Shown in pieces: positions 26,569 through 38,059 of a DNA stretch of 64,000 nucleotides. The notes under the pieces are model-generated. The model worked only from the letters and a program-made list of their open reading frames with translations. It searched no databases and was not told the origin of the DNA. Within the stretch, counting starts at the first letter, position 1, and each line of letters starts with the position of its first letter. The translations under genes and the position numbers were made by a program. Location: positions 28,892,001 through 28,956,000 of the forward strand of contig NC_042997.1 of the NCBI RefSeq assembly GCF_006345805.1, read 5' to 3'. This DNA comes from Octopus sinensis (taxonomy: Eukaryota).

Positions 26569-27617
26569 TCTCTCTTTTCAGAAAAGATACGTATATAGTT
26601 TGAGTTTCTTTTTCTCATGTTTTCTAAATATTTTTGAGAGAAAAGAGTCAACGCACAATCTCAAGTTTCTTCAACCGTGTAGTCAATACCTGGAGACAGC
26701 GAATCAATCACTATTCCACACACAGCGGTCCAACGTCCGTCTCACGCGTCTTTCAATACACAGTGGTTTTCCCCATCGATGAGTACACACCTCATATGTG
26801 GGGAAAAATCCCCGACAGGCGTGATCACGTTCATTATTGCCTTCATATTTTATTATCATTTTTCTATCTCTGCCTATATATCGTACATAAACACGAATGC
26901 CGTTTTCTGAGGGGGGGGAGGTTTGATGCTTCTGTATGTATGTTTGTATATTATATATTACTGTCAGTGACTGGTTGGGAAGGACGAGAGGTGGTGTCTA
27001 CAGGGTAAGTTGGCCTAGAGTGGGGTAGGGTGAGGAAGGTTGTATGTAGGTTGGGGCTAATATCAGTGGCGTGGTTCTTCTTTTTCCTCTGCCTCTTGGC
27101 AACCGTCAACCATTCATTCCCTTTTGATTCGTCGCTTGTCTTCTTTTCCTCCGCCTTTGTGATTCCAGGCGGCGGATACGTGATTTTTTCACCACTGATG
27201 AGATCACTGATGCTTTTACGGGAGGCGGAGTGCATTCTGCTCTTATGTGGCCCTTCTGGTCACACTTGAAACAGCTAGGGTTGTGATGGTGTCTGCGATA
27301 CTATCTAGAACCTACGGGCAGCCTGAACAATAATTTCCATTTTATGCTCCAGCCAGTTCTGTGTTGGTTTTCATGTTGCTTAGAGGATTGTTATACTTTC
27401 CTTGAATTCCGGCCAGTTGGGTCTTAAGCATTTTTCAAATGTTTCCCTTTTATTAAATATGACTTGAACGTCACCATTTTTGCTGGAACGTCTTCTTACA
27501 CTTCACTAGTAAAAGTCACTTCAACTACATACACCTCATTCTTCATCATGCCTGCATACTCTTTTACGTCCTGCACCTTCGACGTTATATCATCCTCCAT
27601 ATCACCTGTCTCAGTCG

Positions 27618-27670
<53 letters not shown>

Positions 27671-28088
27671 CTCGTATTTCGTTTTTTTTGTCTCCATTTC
27701 TCTTAACATGTCTTCTCCTTATTAACCATATAAACCACGATTTCACTTTCTGATGAATCAGAAAGCCTCAAAGTTTTATAATTGAAATCCGTTTTTGCTA
27801 ACAAGCATTTCTCAACCCAAACAAAGGGAAAACGATAACAAGACCTCTGCAAAGCAGTAAAACAATGCTGGATTAATTACAAACACAATTACATTGCTCA
27901 ACAGTTCAACAACCGTAAAACATCAAGCAAAGAAAGGACAATCAATAACGACACCAACTCTTAGCAATACAAGGGCAGATAAAAACACCAAACGAGGAAA
28001 ATACCGGATGCAAAACGATGAAATGTGAAAACAATAAAAAGAGAAATGATAGCCACTCGGGCCCCGCATTCCAAGTGCCTCACTGAAC
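26569..28088 (-). mobile_element. Gag/ORF1-only unit 3 (decayed, internal deletion, (TA)n insertion)
   Basis: SDSSESEIV N-terminus, CFKCDQKGHIRAEC knuckle at ~27232-27272, C-terminal block GDFSPHMRCVLIDGENHCVL. Confidence 0.75.
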
Positions 28089-28136
28089 TATTTTATTTTT
28101 AAAAAGGTTTATAGTTTGAGTCTACTTTTCTCCCTT

Positions 28137-28175
<39 letters not shown>

Positions 28176-28330
28176 AAGAAAACAGTCAACGCACGACCAC
28201 ATGTTTGCTCAACACAGTGTAGTAAATGTCTGGTGCTGCGAATCAATCACCACCTCCACATCCAAAGGTCGGACATCCGACCAACATGTTTCTTTCCACA
28301 CAGCAGAAACCCACCAAAATCAAAACGAGG
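28089..28330 (-). mobile_element. Gag-only unit array: 3' stub (unit 4)
   Basis: homologous C-terminal block (LDVEVVIDS) and 3' UTR abutting the junction motif. Confidence 0.65.
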
Positions 28331-28379
28331 AATCCTGGTGAATAGATATAGGTTTCAAACATTCATCAGCAGTAATTAA

Positions 28380-28700
28380 ACAAATTGTTAACAATATTAG
28401 CAGGTGCCTGTCCAATTTACCCGCCGACAAAGTCACATTCTGTATTAGAAATGTTCAACTTCAAGAATATCTCACAGTGCATTGAACCAAATATAAATAA
28501 ATCACGAAGACGCACACAGAAGAAAATATTACGGTTTAACCCAACTTATAGCATGAATGTAGCTACTAATATAAGTAGGAACTTCTTAAAACAAACTTTC
28601 CACATTCACACAAATACCATAAGAAATTTTATTAAGGTTAACAATTAGATGCCTCCCCAGTATAGGGTAAATAATACTCAATCACAGGGAATATATACTC
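28380..28700 (+). mobile_element. Penelope-like element linker fragment
   Basis: KKILRFNPTYSMNVATNISRNFLK (track ORF 28385-28648). Confidence 0.7.
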
Positions 28701-29119
28701 ACCAGAAACACCCCCGAAATACAATGCAACTGTAGATCCCCAAACCGGCCGTCTAAACAACAACTGTTGCGAGAATGAACTCGGACCCCAACTGAATAGA
28801 AAAGCTGTATAGCGGAATGAGGATCACTGAAAACGTGCTTTCAACAGAAATCTCATAAACTAATAAGGCGAGTGGGTTTAACCTTAGGCACGGTGCGAGC
28901 CACTAATGAGCAATAAGAGGCGTAAGTATGAAAGTATGAAATCCTTTATGATCTGGCTATATCCACTACTCTAGGGTGCTTGCTTCCTTTGTCAGTCATC
29001 ACGATAGTGCTTTCAGTGGCTATTGAGTTGATTTGGCTCTTATTTTTAGCAATAGTTGTACTGACTAGTGGCCTTTGTCACTTTAGTGATGTCTCTATCT
29101 CTCACACACTCCCTCTCTC

Positions 29120-29186
<67 letters not shown>

Positions 29187-29529
29187 GTGTGTGTTTGTAT
29201 GTGTGTGTGTGTGTGTACATATATGAATAAACATCTTTAAAAGGACTACATATTTTTGTTCATTATCTTAGACTGTGTTCTAATTCTTGAGAAGTAGTGC
29301 TTAGCCAGCCCATTCTAGACAAATACAGATATAGGTTCCCGTTCAATATAATTATTCCGCATCTTATTGCATTGTTTACTTATACTCCCAAGAAATTACT
29401 TTAAGCAAAATTTACGGATGTTTGCTCGAGATTCTTTGTGGGTCATTATTCTGTAAAATTGAGTATGTAATTTCCATTTTCCATATGATATGTTTTCACG
29501 CCTCTTGCATTTAACCTTTCGTGTGAATT

Positions 29530-29950
29530 AATCATATTGATAGACCTCGGATTTTATACCTTTGATTTATTTTTGCCAAGTATATTGTATATTACAGCGC
29601 TTACTTTCGGGAAGGAGTTTTCAGAAATTCCTTATGTTAATATTGCTATATTTCGTGATGATCATTTTTATTTATTCCTGCCAAATAAACACAAGACTTA
29701 TAATAAGAACAATACTAAAACTGATGCGAAGAACGAAGATATAGTGTATGATTATTTGGCAATATTTAAAAAGCATAAATGTCCATCCCGAAATATAACA
29801 ATATATGTTTTAATACACAATTTATATTCAGGAATCTTGAAAAATTAATACATAAACGTAACATTACATTAAGTTTTTGGTTTATCGTTTCCAAACATTG
29901 CAGAATCATATTATCGAATCAGGTATTAGCATTAGATATTTTCTAATGTT
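29530..29950 (+). mobile_element. Possible Penelope-like RT core fragment
   Basis: IAIFRDD resembles the PLE YRDD catalytic motif; otherwise very decayed. Confidence 0.3.
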
Positions 29951-30609
29951 TTCCAACTATTTCCTTAAGTCCATTGTAACGTAGGCAACATTCCCTATCT
30001 GCTTAATTGTTTAGAAATATGTTCACTCATTCTATGTCATAGGTATTGTCTGGCATATTAATTCCCTACATAATAAAAAAAACTGCGTTATAATCGGACG
30101 ATTAGTAGAAGGATATCCAACTTTCAGTAAACAGGTCGCGGTCTTAAAGCGACGAAAATATTTTGACAAATTAAACTTAAATGTTGAAGTGAATCGAACG
30201 GCTTTTGTGCGTTTCTTAAATGGCTCACAAACACCTCCACGCTGCAATTGTTTTCATTTCAGCACACAATCTCAGATCAAATCACTTGCTATGCAAGTAC
30301 AACTCCGTAATTCAAGACAATTCCTCATATAGTCTTGTGTCATATAATCTTGTGCCAAACTAACATCAAATGCCCTTGTTTCAACCAAAGAGTTGTGGTA
30401 TGGAAGAAAAATAATTAAATTAAAACAAGGAAAAATAAAGAAAGCAGGATACTTTTAAAATTTGAAGAGTAATTTTCGAAGGTCAGCGCAGATGTTCACC
30501 AGATAATATTCATAATATTAGCAGCAACCGGTATGTAAAAGTGGCAATTACCAAGTGCTTTATGTAAACAAGTACTAATATTCTATTCCGTTGTTTTAGA
30601 TCTGCTCAT

Positions 30610-30652
30610 TTCTCTCTCTCTCTCACTCTCTCTCTCTCTCTCTCTCCTCTCA

Positions 30653-30697
<45 letters not shown>

Positions 30698-30851
30698 CAC
30701 ACATATAAATATATATATGGCTGTGTGTGCGTGTGCGTTTGTATATATATATAAATATATATATATATATAACTTTAAACATTCCATGTGTATGATGTGT
30801 ATGAAGCGATATGTACACGAACAAACACACACACACACACACACACACACA

Positions 30852-30885
<34 letters not shown>

Positions 30886-30936
30886 TATATATATATATAT
30901 ATGTACATTTTCATATGCGCGCACACACACACAAAT

Positions 30937-30998
<62 letters not shown>

Positions 30999-31210
30999 TT
31001 ATGTAGGCATTTATGTTTGCATATATGTATGTATATGTATATATGATCAATTGTATATATACCTGTAAGTATTTCTGTGTATGAAAGTACATGAAGAAAT
31101 GCGTACGGGTACGAACACACGCACATGAATAAATAAATGTGTGTGTGTGTGTGTGTTGTGTGTGTGTGTGTGTCTATGTGTATATATTCATATGTATATA
31201 TATATATATA
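30610..31210. repeat. Compound (CT)n/(CA)n/(TA)n/(TAGA)n/(GT)n microsatellite block
   Basis: direct reading. Confidence 0.95.
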
Positions 31211-32481
31211 TCTGTAAATATTTCTTTCTGTACGAACGTGCATGAAGAGATATTTAGACAAATATATTTTATAAATACAAGAAAATTCGTGTAAAAGTTT
31301 GTTTTATTCAATTTTCTCTTTCTTAAACGTTGTTGAATATGGATTATCACATTACTGACAAACTTGTATCTTTCAATTTCTATTATTTGTTTAAGTGGTG
31401 AAATTTTCCCTGGAAAACCACTTGCAGATATTGAAAACAAAAAAATAAACAATTTGCAACATCTAAAATTTTGAAATATGTCCAATTCTTACTGCATTAA
31501 TGGTTGGTTTTTCCACACTTCACGTTCAATTGTGCTTGTAATCTTGCAAATTATTTTTGATTACTCGAGGTTGCTTCTTCATAGCCACTTCTACATACAC
31601 GATGAAACAGGATCTACCATACTATTAAGAATGTTGCCTTGGTAGAACACAGATCTACGTGTGAAGTCAATTTATCTTCGTCTTGTGTTTTCTGTCATAT
31701 TCTCAATCCTAATCGGATTTCTGTAAGAGAAATAGGCTGCAAAAATATTCAAAACACCGTAGATATGATTCTTGTACTGGGAAAGTAAACTCAACCCGTA
31801 CTCTTGTTAAGCCATATTTCCTTCTCGTGATTACATTTATGGGAATTCTTACTTCCCTAATTATACCAGTCAAGGCACCGATCTTAGGACCCCCCCCCAC
31901 CTTTCCAGGCAGTAGTAGCAGAGGTTATAGAAATGATCATATATAAATAAAACACTCACGTACCTCCTAATGTATCAAGGAAAATCGCGTACCTCCTAAT
32001 GTACTTGGAAAATCGCGCGCGCACACACACACAGACTCAAGAAAACACAGCAAATTCAGCTTCTGACCCAACTGTCTCGTTGATGATACTTGCTTTATGC
32101 GTGCAGCCTCACTGCATGGCATTGTAGTGTCGTGTCTTTTACTGTAGTTCCAGATTGACCTATGCTTTGTAAACTTTGTAGCCAGAAACTGAATGGAAAT
32201 CCATCATATATATGCTCGTGTGTGTGTGAGTGTGAGAGTGTGTGTGTCGGAGCGCGCGAGAGTCTGTATTTTTTAAGCTCAGTGCTTGTAACCGATATTG
32301 TTTACATCCTTGTAAGCTCACGTTTTGGAAAAAGTCCCAAAACACAAGCACACGTTGTCAGTCATTGTGCTTCCTTTATTTCCAGCGTTCGTTGCTGAAG
32401 TGGAGGTAGCTACTCCGAAATGCTTACATCCATAGATCTGGGTAGACAGCCCTCCGAACTCTCTTGAAATTTTTAATTTAA

Positions 32482-32546
32482 TTTTTTTATTTTATTTTAT
32501 CTAGTTTCAGCTAACGAGCTGTGGCCATGCTGGGTCACCGCCATTC
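32482..32546 (-). mobile_element. LINE-type 3' tail with A-rich end
   Basis: gaatggcggtgacccagcatggccacagctcgttagctgaaactagataaaataaaataaaaaaa; homologous to the family B SINE tail. Confidence 0.7.
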
Positions 32547-32555
32547 AAAATATTC

Positions 32556-32627
32556 TGAAGATGCCGGGGATCGAACCCGGGGCCTTTCGCATGCAAAGCG
32601 AACGCTCTACCACTGAGCTACATGTTT
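32556..32627 (-). pseudogene. tRNA-Ala(TGC) pseudogene/retrocopy
   Basis: atgtagctcagtggtagagc g ttcgc tttgcat gcgaa aggcc ccggg ttcgatc cccgg catcttca: D, anticodon and T arms intact; first acceptor bases (AAAC) do not pair properly and G3:U70 is absent. Confidence 0.85.
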
Positions 32628-33181
32628 ACATTGAGCAAGAATTTTCCTCTATAAAAAAAATGCAGTGAATCGATTTGTTGTAGTTTTGAATATATGTCAA
32701 ACATATTTCAACTAGTAATAAGTTTGTGTTCATATATATCCATAATCAATGGTTCTAATCCATATTTGAGTACGGCCAGGTTTCTAATCCATATTTGAGT
32801 AAAGTCAGGTATTCAGTATTTTTGATTGGGTATATTAAGAGGCATGGCGTCTCGTAGCCAATTCGCAGCATCTCCTGTTCTAGTATTCGATTATGAAGAG
32901 GAGATAGTTACTCTGACAAGCATGCATCTAACGAACTTGGTGGAGGGCGTTTTCAACTGAGTCGGTATGGTTAGAACTTGTTCTCTACAGCAAAAATATT
33001 TCTCCACAACAAAATACAGTGAGTGGTCAACTTATGGCTTCGAATATGTCTTACACAAATTTGAAATGGTAGCAAGTATACATGTATATAAATCTCTGCT
33101 TAAGAGCTTCTAAACCGTATTTGACTTTTAGATTTTCAAGAAATCTTTGCAATATGGAAACTGTTTGCTCGCAATAAAACT

Positions 33182-33545
33182 AAGACGGCGGGCTAGCAGA
33201 AACGTTAGCACGCCGGGCGAAATGCGTAGTCGTATTTCGCCTGCCGTTATGCTCTGAGTTCAAATTCCGCCGAGGTCGACGTTGCATTTCATCCTTTCCG
33301 GGTCGATAAATTAAGTACCAGTTACGCACTGGGGTCGATGTAATCGACTTAATCCGTTTGTCCATCCTTGTGTGTCCACTCTGTGTTTAGCCCCTTGTGG
33401 GTAGTAAAGAAATAGGTATTTTTTTCTGTCTACGTTCTGAGTTCAAATTCCGCTGAGGTCGACTTTGCCTTTCATCCTTTCGGGGTTGATAAATTAAGTA
33501 CCGGTTGCGTACCGTTGTCGATCCAATCGACTGGCCCCCTCCTTA
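33182..33545 (+). mobile_element. Family C SINE, head + body + partial second body
   Basis: tail aataggtatt runs straight into a second gttctgagttcaaattcc body. Confidence 0.9.
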
Positions 33546-34407
33546 AAAATCTAAAACGCTACATTATATAAATTCACTTCAGTTGTAAAAGAGTTTGCTC
33601 TAGTTTTTACCATATTTCCTTAACATAGTTTTCGCTTATTTTTATAGCTACATAATCTTAGGGACTGTTTCAGTAAATTTAATCGAATCGTGTATTGAAC
33701 AAATGCACTGACTTAGCAAAAATGTGCGTAATATTAACATGATTATTAGATGTGTGAAAATTGTTACATGTAATTTTTAATGATAGTGATAATCAATTTA
33801 TGGTAATAATATTTTTATTATACATTTTGTGTAAAATTTAATCTAGTCGACACCTTCACTTAGTGTGAATTGATAAGAATATGTTTCCGAATAGAATAAG
33901 TTAACTTTGCTTGTGGTAACGAATGTTCATTCATTTTCTTAATGAATTAACTTAAACTACTTTAAATGGGGAAAAAATATAAAGACACGCACACTCACAA
34001 ACACTGACATGTACGCACGTGTATTTGTGTCTCTCTGTGCACATTGATATAATTTAATATTCAGAAAGAAGCAAGGAATACAATTCAATTTCACTGAAAG
34101 GTGAGTGGGAAATTGGGGGCTTTGAGATAATTTAGTAAAAAAAAAAAATACATGAAACAAATATTTTGATGTCACGAAATTTATTGATGCAATAATGGAT
34201 AAAGAATTAAGCGAAATATTAAGCAAAATCATACTTAAGTGAATATGAACAACAGAAGATATTTGAGGTACACTATCTAGTCAGGTACAAATTCTCCGTT
34301 CTTCTCTCGATAATTAACTATGACCATCCCCCATCAAAAGCAGAGAAAAAAGAAGATATATTTAGACTACATACACATATATTCTTGCCACCACAACTCA
34401 ATAAGTG

Positions 34408-34463
<56 letters not shown>

Positions 34464-35120
34464 CCACAAGAAATATTATTTGACTCTATTATACAAACAA
34501 AACGGTTTATAGGACTGCAAAATAAATGTTCAAATATAAATGAGACGAAGATAAAGAAGCATTGGTTATAGAAAAAATAATTAAATTTGAGTCAATGACT
34601 TTATATAAAACACCACCCATCAAACGTTTAATGATATATAAAAAAACACCATTGTCTACAAACACATAAAAATATACATATACATAAAAAGCACAGAATT
34701 TTAAAATGCTTATATTCTAATACAAATAGAGCTGCTTATCAAAAGTTAAAAATAACGACTATGAATTTAAAAGTATCAAAAATCCTAAAGAAAATATAAA
34801 ATAAAGATAAAAATAAAGAAAATAATAATTGTCCACCGATTAAAATATTTTATCAGACGATTGAAATATTAAAAAAAAATATTTTTAAAAATATTTTTTT
34901 AAATATTTGAAAATGTCTTTTACCTCCTTCATACAGGTACGTCCAGATTTCATAAGTAAGCTGCCTTCCACAGGTCAAATTTACAAACATCTTGGAAAAA
35001 GTCTTTTACTCCCCTCACATAAATCCTTCCAAAGTTCATAATAAACAGATATCACCTGTCAAATTCAACACTCTCATATATCAATGTCCATTTCGAGAGC
35101 TGACAACCGCTGTTCATTTA

Positions 35121-35500
35121 AGTAAGAAATTGGCGAGGGAAAAGTCTAGATGATACAATCTTCGGCAGAAAATTTGGAAAAATTGGCAGAAACAGTCACA
35201 GGAGGAGAAACTTTGATGGAAGCGTGAGTGGACGGCGGAAACACTCGCTGCTATAAATGTGTCCAACAGGGCCACATTACAGCGGGCCGCCCTCAAAAAA
35301 TCAAGCAAGCACAGGAGAAAGCCGAGAAGGAGTTGATGGAATATAAAGATGAAACAGACGAAGGAGAAGTATGGAGAGTGGCTGGAAGTGGAAGGGGGAA
35401 GGGGAAGGAGGAAGAAGGACAGTCAAAGTGAATCCAAATCCGTACCCAAGCCACCCATCCCTTCATAATCTCACCCTCACACAACAGAAACCAAACACAC
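35121..35500 (+). mobile_element. Divergent gag/ORF1 zinc-knuckle fragment
   Basis: RCYKCVQQGHITAGRP (track ORF 35228-35431). Confidence 0.6.
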
Positions 35501-36171
35501 CCATTCCCCACGGACACAAAAACGGAAAAAAAGAAGTGCAAACACAAAAATTCAGAAAACTCCCCTGCCATGTGTTATGCTTGTGTTTTGTTAAAGTGTG
35601 TGGATGAGAAACTGGTGGAGAAGTTGTTTCAATGGAGAGATGTGAGATTTGTTAGTATGTAAGGAAAGAAAAAGGAAAATATGGCCGCAAGTGTATTGGT
35701 GCTGGAATGTCGGATGAGAGAGGTTAAAGAATGTAAGGTGGGTGTTAGATACAGAAATATGATTTGCGATATAAGGGATGTGCCAAATAAGATAGAAAAT
35801 AAGGAATTGAAAGAACGGTATGGAATCAACATAAACGGAATCTAGAAGGAAGTAAAGGATGCTGCTGTGATGTGGTAGGTAGCTCGTTTCCATATATCAT
35901 TTTTCATTCATGTTTATCATAATTTCCGTATTTTAATTGTTATATGTCTCCACATGTATTGTCCTTTTTGTGTGTGCTCCTTGTGGATAATAAAGAATCA
36001 TTTTCATAAAAGTTTGGATCTGTGCATATTTATCCTGATGAGTGTGGTCATCGCCGTGATTCACTTTAGTGTAAATGAACTGCTGTGTTGAGCTCCCGAA
36101 ATGGACATTGATATATGTGAATGTTGAATTTTTACAGGTGATATCTGCTTCTTATAAACTTTGAAAGTACA

Positions 36172-36517
36172 TGTGGATGGAAGCACTCCATCGGTTACGA
36201 CGACGAGGGTTCCTGTTGATCCAACGTGTAAGTGGCTGAGCACTCCACAGACACGTGTACCCTTAACGTAGTTCTCGGGGATATTCAGCGTGACACAGAA
36301 AGTGACAAGGCCGGCCCTTTGAAATACAGGTACAACAGAAACAGGAAGTAAGAGTGAGAGAAAGAGTACAGCAGGGATCACCACCATCCCTGCCGGAGCC
36401 TCGTGGAGCTTTAGGTGTTTTCGATCAATAAACACTCGCAACGCCCGGTCTGGGAATCGAAACCGCGATCCTACGACCGCGAGTCCGCTGCCCTAACCAC
36501 TGGGCCATTGCGCCTCC
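36172..36517 (-). mobile_element. tRNA-derived SINE (family A-related)
   Basis: head ggaggcgcaatggcccagtggttagggcagcggac...tttcgattccc; homologous to 55398-55674. Confidence 0.85.
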
Positions 36518-37379
36518 TGAAAGAACCTGTGTTAGGGGAGTAAAACACTTTTCTCAAGATATATCTGAATTTGTCCTCTGGAAGACTGCTTAGTTACGAA
36601 CTTTGAACGTAACTGTGTGAGGGGAGGAAAGCATTTTTCAAATATTTAAAAACAAATTAATAATTTTAAAAAAAGTATTTTAATCCTCTGATAAAATCTT
36701 TTTAGTCGATGGACAATTATTACATTTTTATATTTATTAGATTTTTATTTTTATCTTTATTATTTTTATATTGTCCATATAGCCTTTTTGATAGTTTTGA
36801 ATTTTTAGTCGTTATATGTAACTTTTGATAAGCCGTTATTAATGTATTTTATTAGAATATATAAATTTTTGCATTCTGTGATTTTATGTATATTTGTATG
36901 TTTTTTTTACGTGTTTGTAGACCAAGGGGTTTTTGATATATTATTAAACGTTTGAGGGGTGGTGTTTTATGTAAATTCGCTGACCCAAATTTTAATGTTT
37001 GTTCTATAACCAATGCATCTTCCCCTCTACTCTCTTTCCCTCTCCTCCCCTACTCTCTTCTCCCTTCTCTCTTTCTCTCTGCTCCCTCCCTCCCCTATTC
37101 TCCCTTCTCTCCCCCTCTCCTCTCTCCCGTCCTCCTCCTCTCCCTCCCCTCCTCCTACTACTACTCTCTATCATCATCATCATCCTCCTCCTATCCCTCC
37201 TCCCTATCTTCCTCTCCCTCATCCTCTCTCCCCCTCATCTCCCCTCTCCCCCCACACCACCCACACACCAATCCCCACATCTCCACATTCACACATGCAT
37301 ACACACATACGTCCAGACCAGCAGCCCTCTTTCACACGCACATACATACACTCTTATATAACACGCACCTTTGTGTTGG

Positions 37380-37650
37380 GGGCACCTTCGTATCGGAAGT
37401 CACTTGACTCTGTTATCTCCTCTACTGTCCCTCTCGCGTCTGACCATTGTCCGAAATCAGGACGCCATAATAGATCGTTAGCTCCTACACGCATATTTTT
37501 CTCTCCTTGTTTTTCTTCTGTGCATCTTTCTGTCGAAGAGCGTAGGCTCGAAACGTAAAAGACTTTTTCTATTCCTGAACGCTATACTAATACATTTGTT
37601 TGTTTGTAGTCCACCTGCCTTCGTCTTTTGTTTATTTTCGTAAACTTTCC
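37380..37650 (+). mobile_element. Penelope-type pseudo-LTR fragment
   Basis: pyrimidine-rich context carrying a minimal hammerhead motif. Confidence 0.5.
37525..37562 (+). ncRNA. Minimal hammerhead ribozyme-like motif (core variant CUGUCGA)
   Basis: stem I tcttt/aaaga, stem II gagc/gctc, GAAAC-GUA with palindromic ACGT. Confidence 0.55.
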
Positions 37651-37653
37651 CTT

Positions 37654-37710
<57 letters not shown>

Positions 37711-38001
37711 CAGAGAAAAAGAGATCAATTGAATTCGAACTACAGTCCATTTTATGGTGTTCGATCCATCTTTCATACTATGTCCTGCCTTTCCAAGCAA
37801 TGTTTCATACTCAAATGAACACAAATACTCTTCTCTGAAAAAAAGAAAATATATATATATGTATGCCACACTGACTGGCCACAGACCTTTAAAAACGGCA
37901 AAATCAGTCAAGTTGCATGTTTCACTCTGGAGCAATAAAAAAACCATTTTGGACTAACGACCCTTTTGAATAATGACAACGAAACGAAAATATTAAATTG
38001 C

Positions 38002-38057
<56 letters not shown>

Positions 38058-38059
<2 letters not shown>

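Larger units (their letters stand above)
34559..37016. repeat. Long imperfect inverted repeat (arms 34559-35120 and 36072-37016) enclosing a gag-knuckle fragment
   Basis: arms align as reverse complements once the SINE at 36172-36517 is removed, e.g. gcattggttatag/ctataaccaatgc and cagatatcacctgt/acaggtgatatctg. Confidence 0.75.

Noticed and set aside
31958-32018. Short two-copy tandem repeats (~29 bp here, ~31 bp at 32755-32815)
   Set aside because: Ordinary slippage duplications with no further structure
32556-32627. Functional tRNA-Ala gene
   Set aside because: Acceptor stem has two mismatches and lacks G3:U70; followed by a retro-type tail
36048-36090. ctgatgag hammerhead core-like word
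   Set aside because: No downstream GAAA or closing stems
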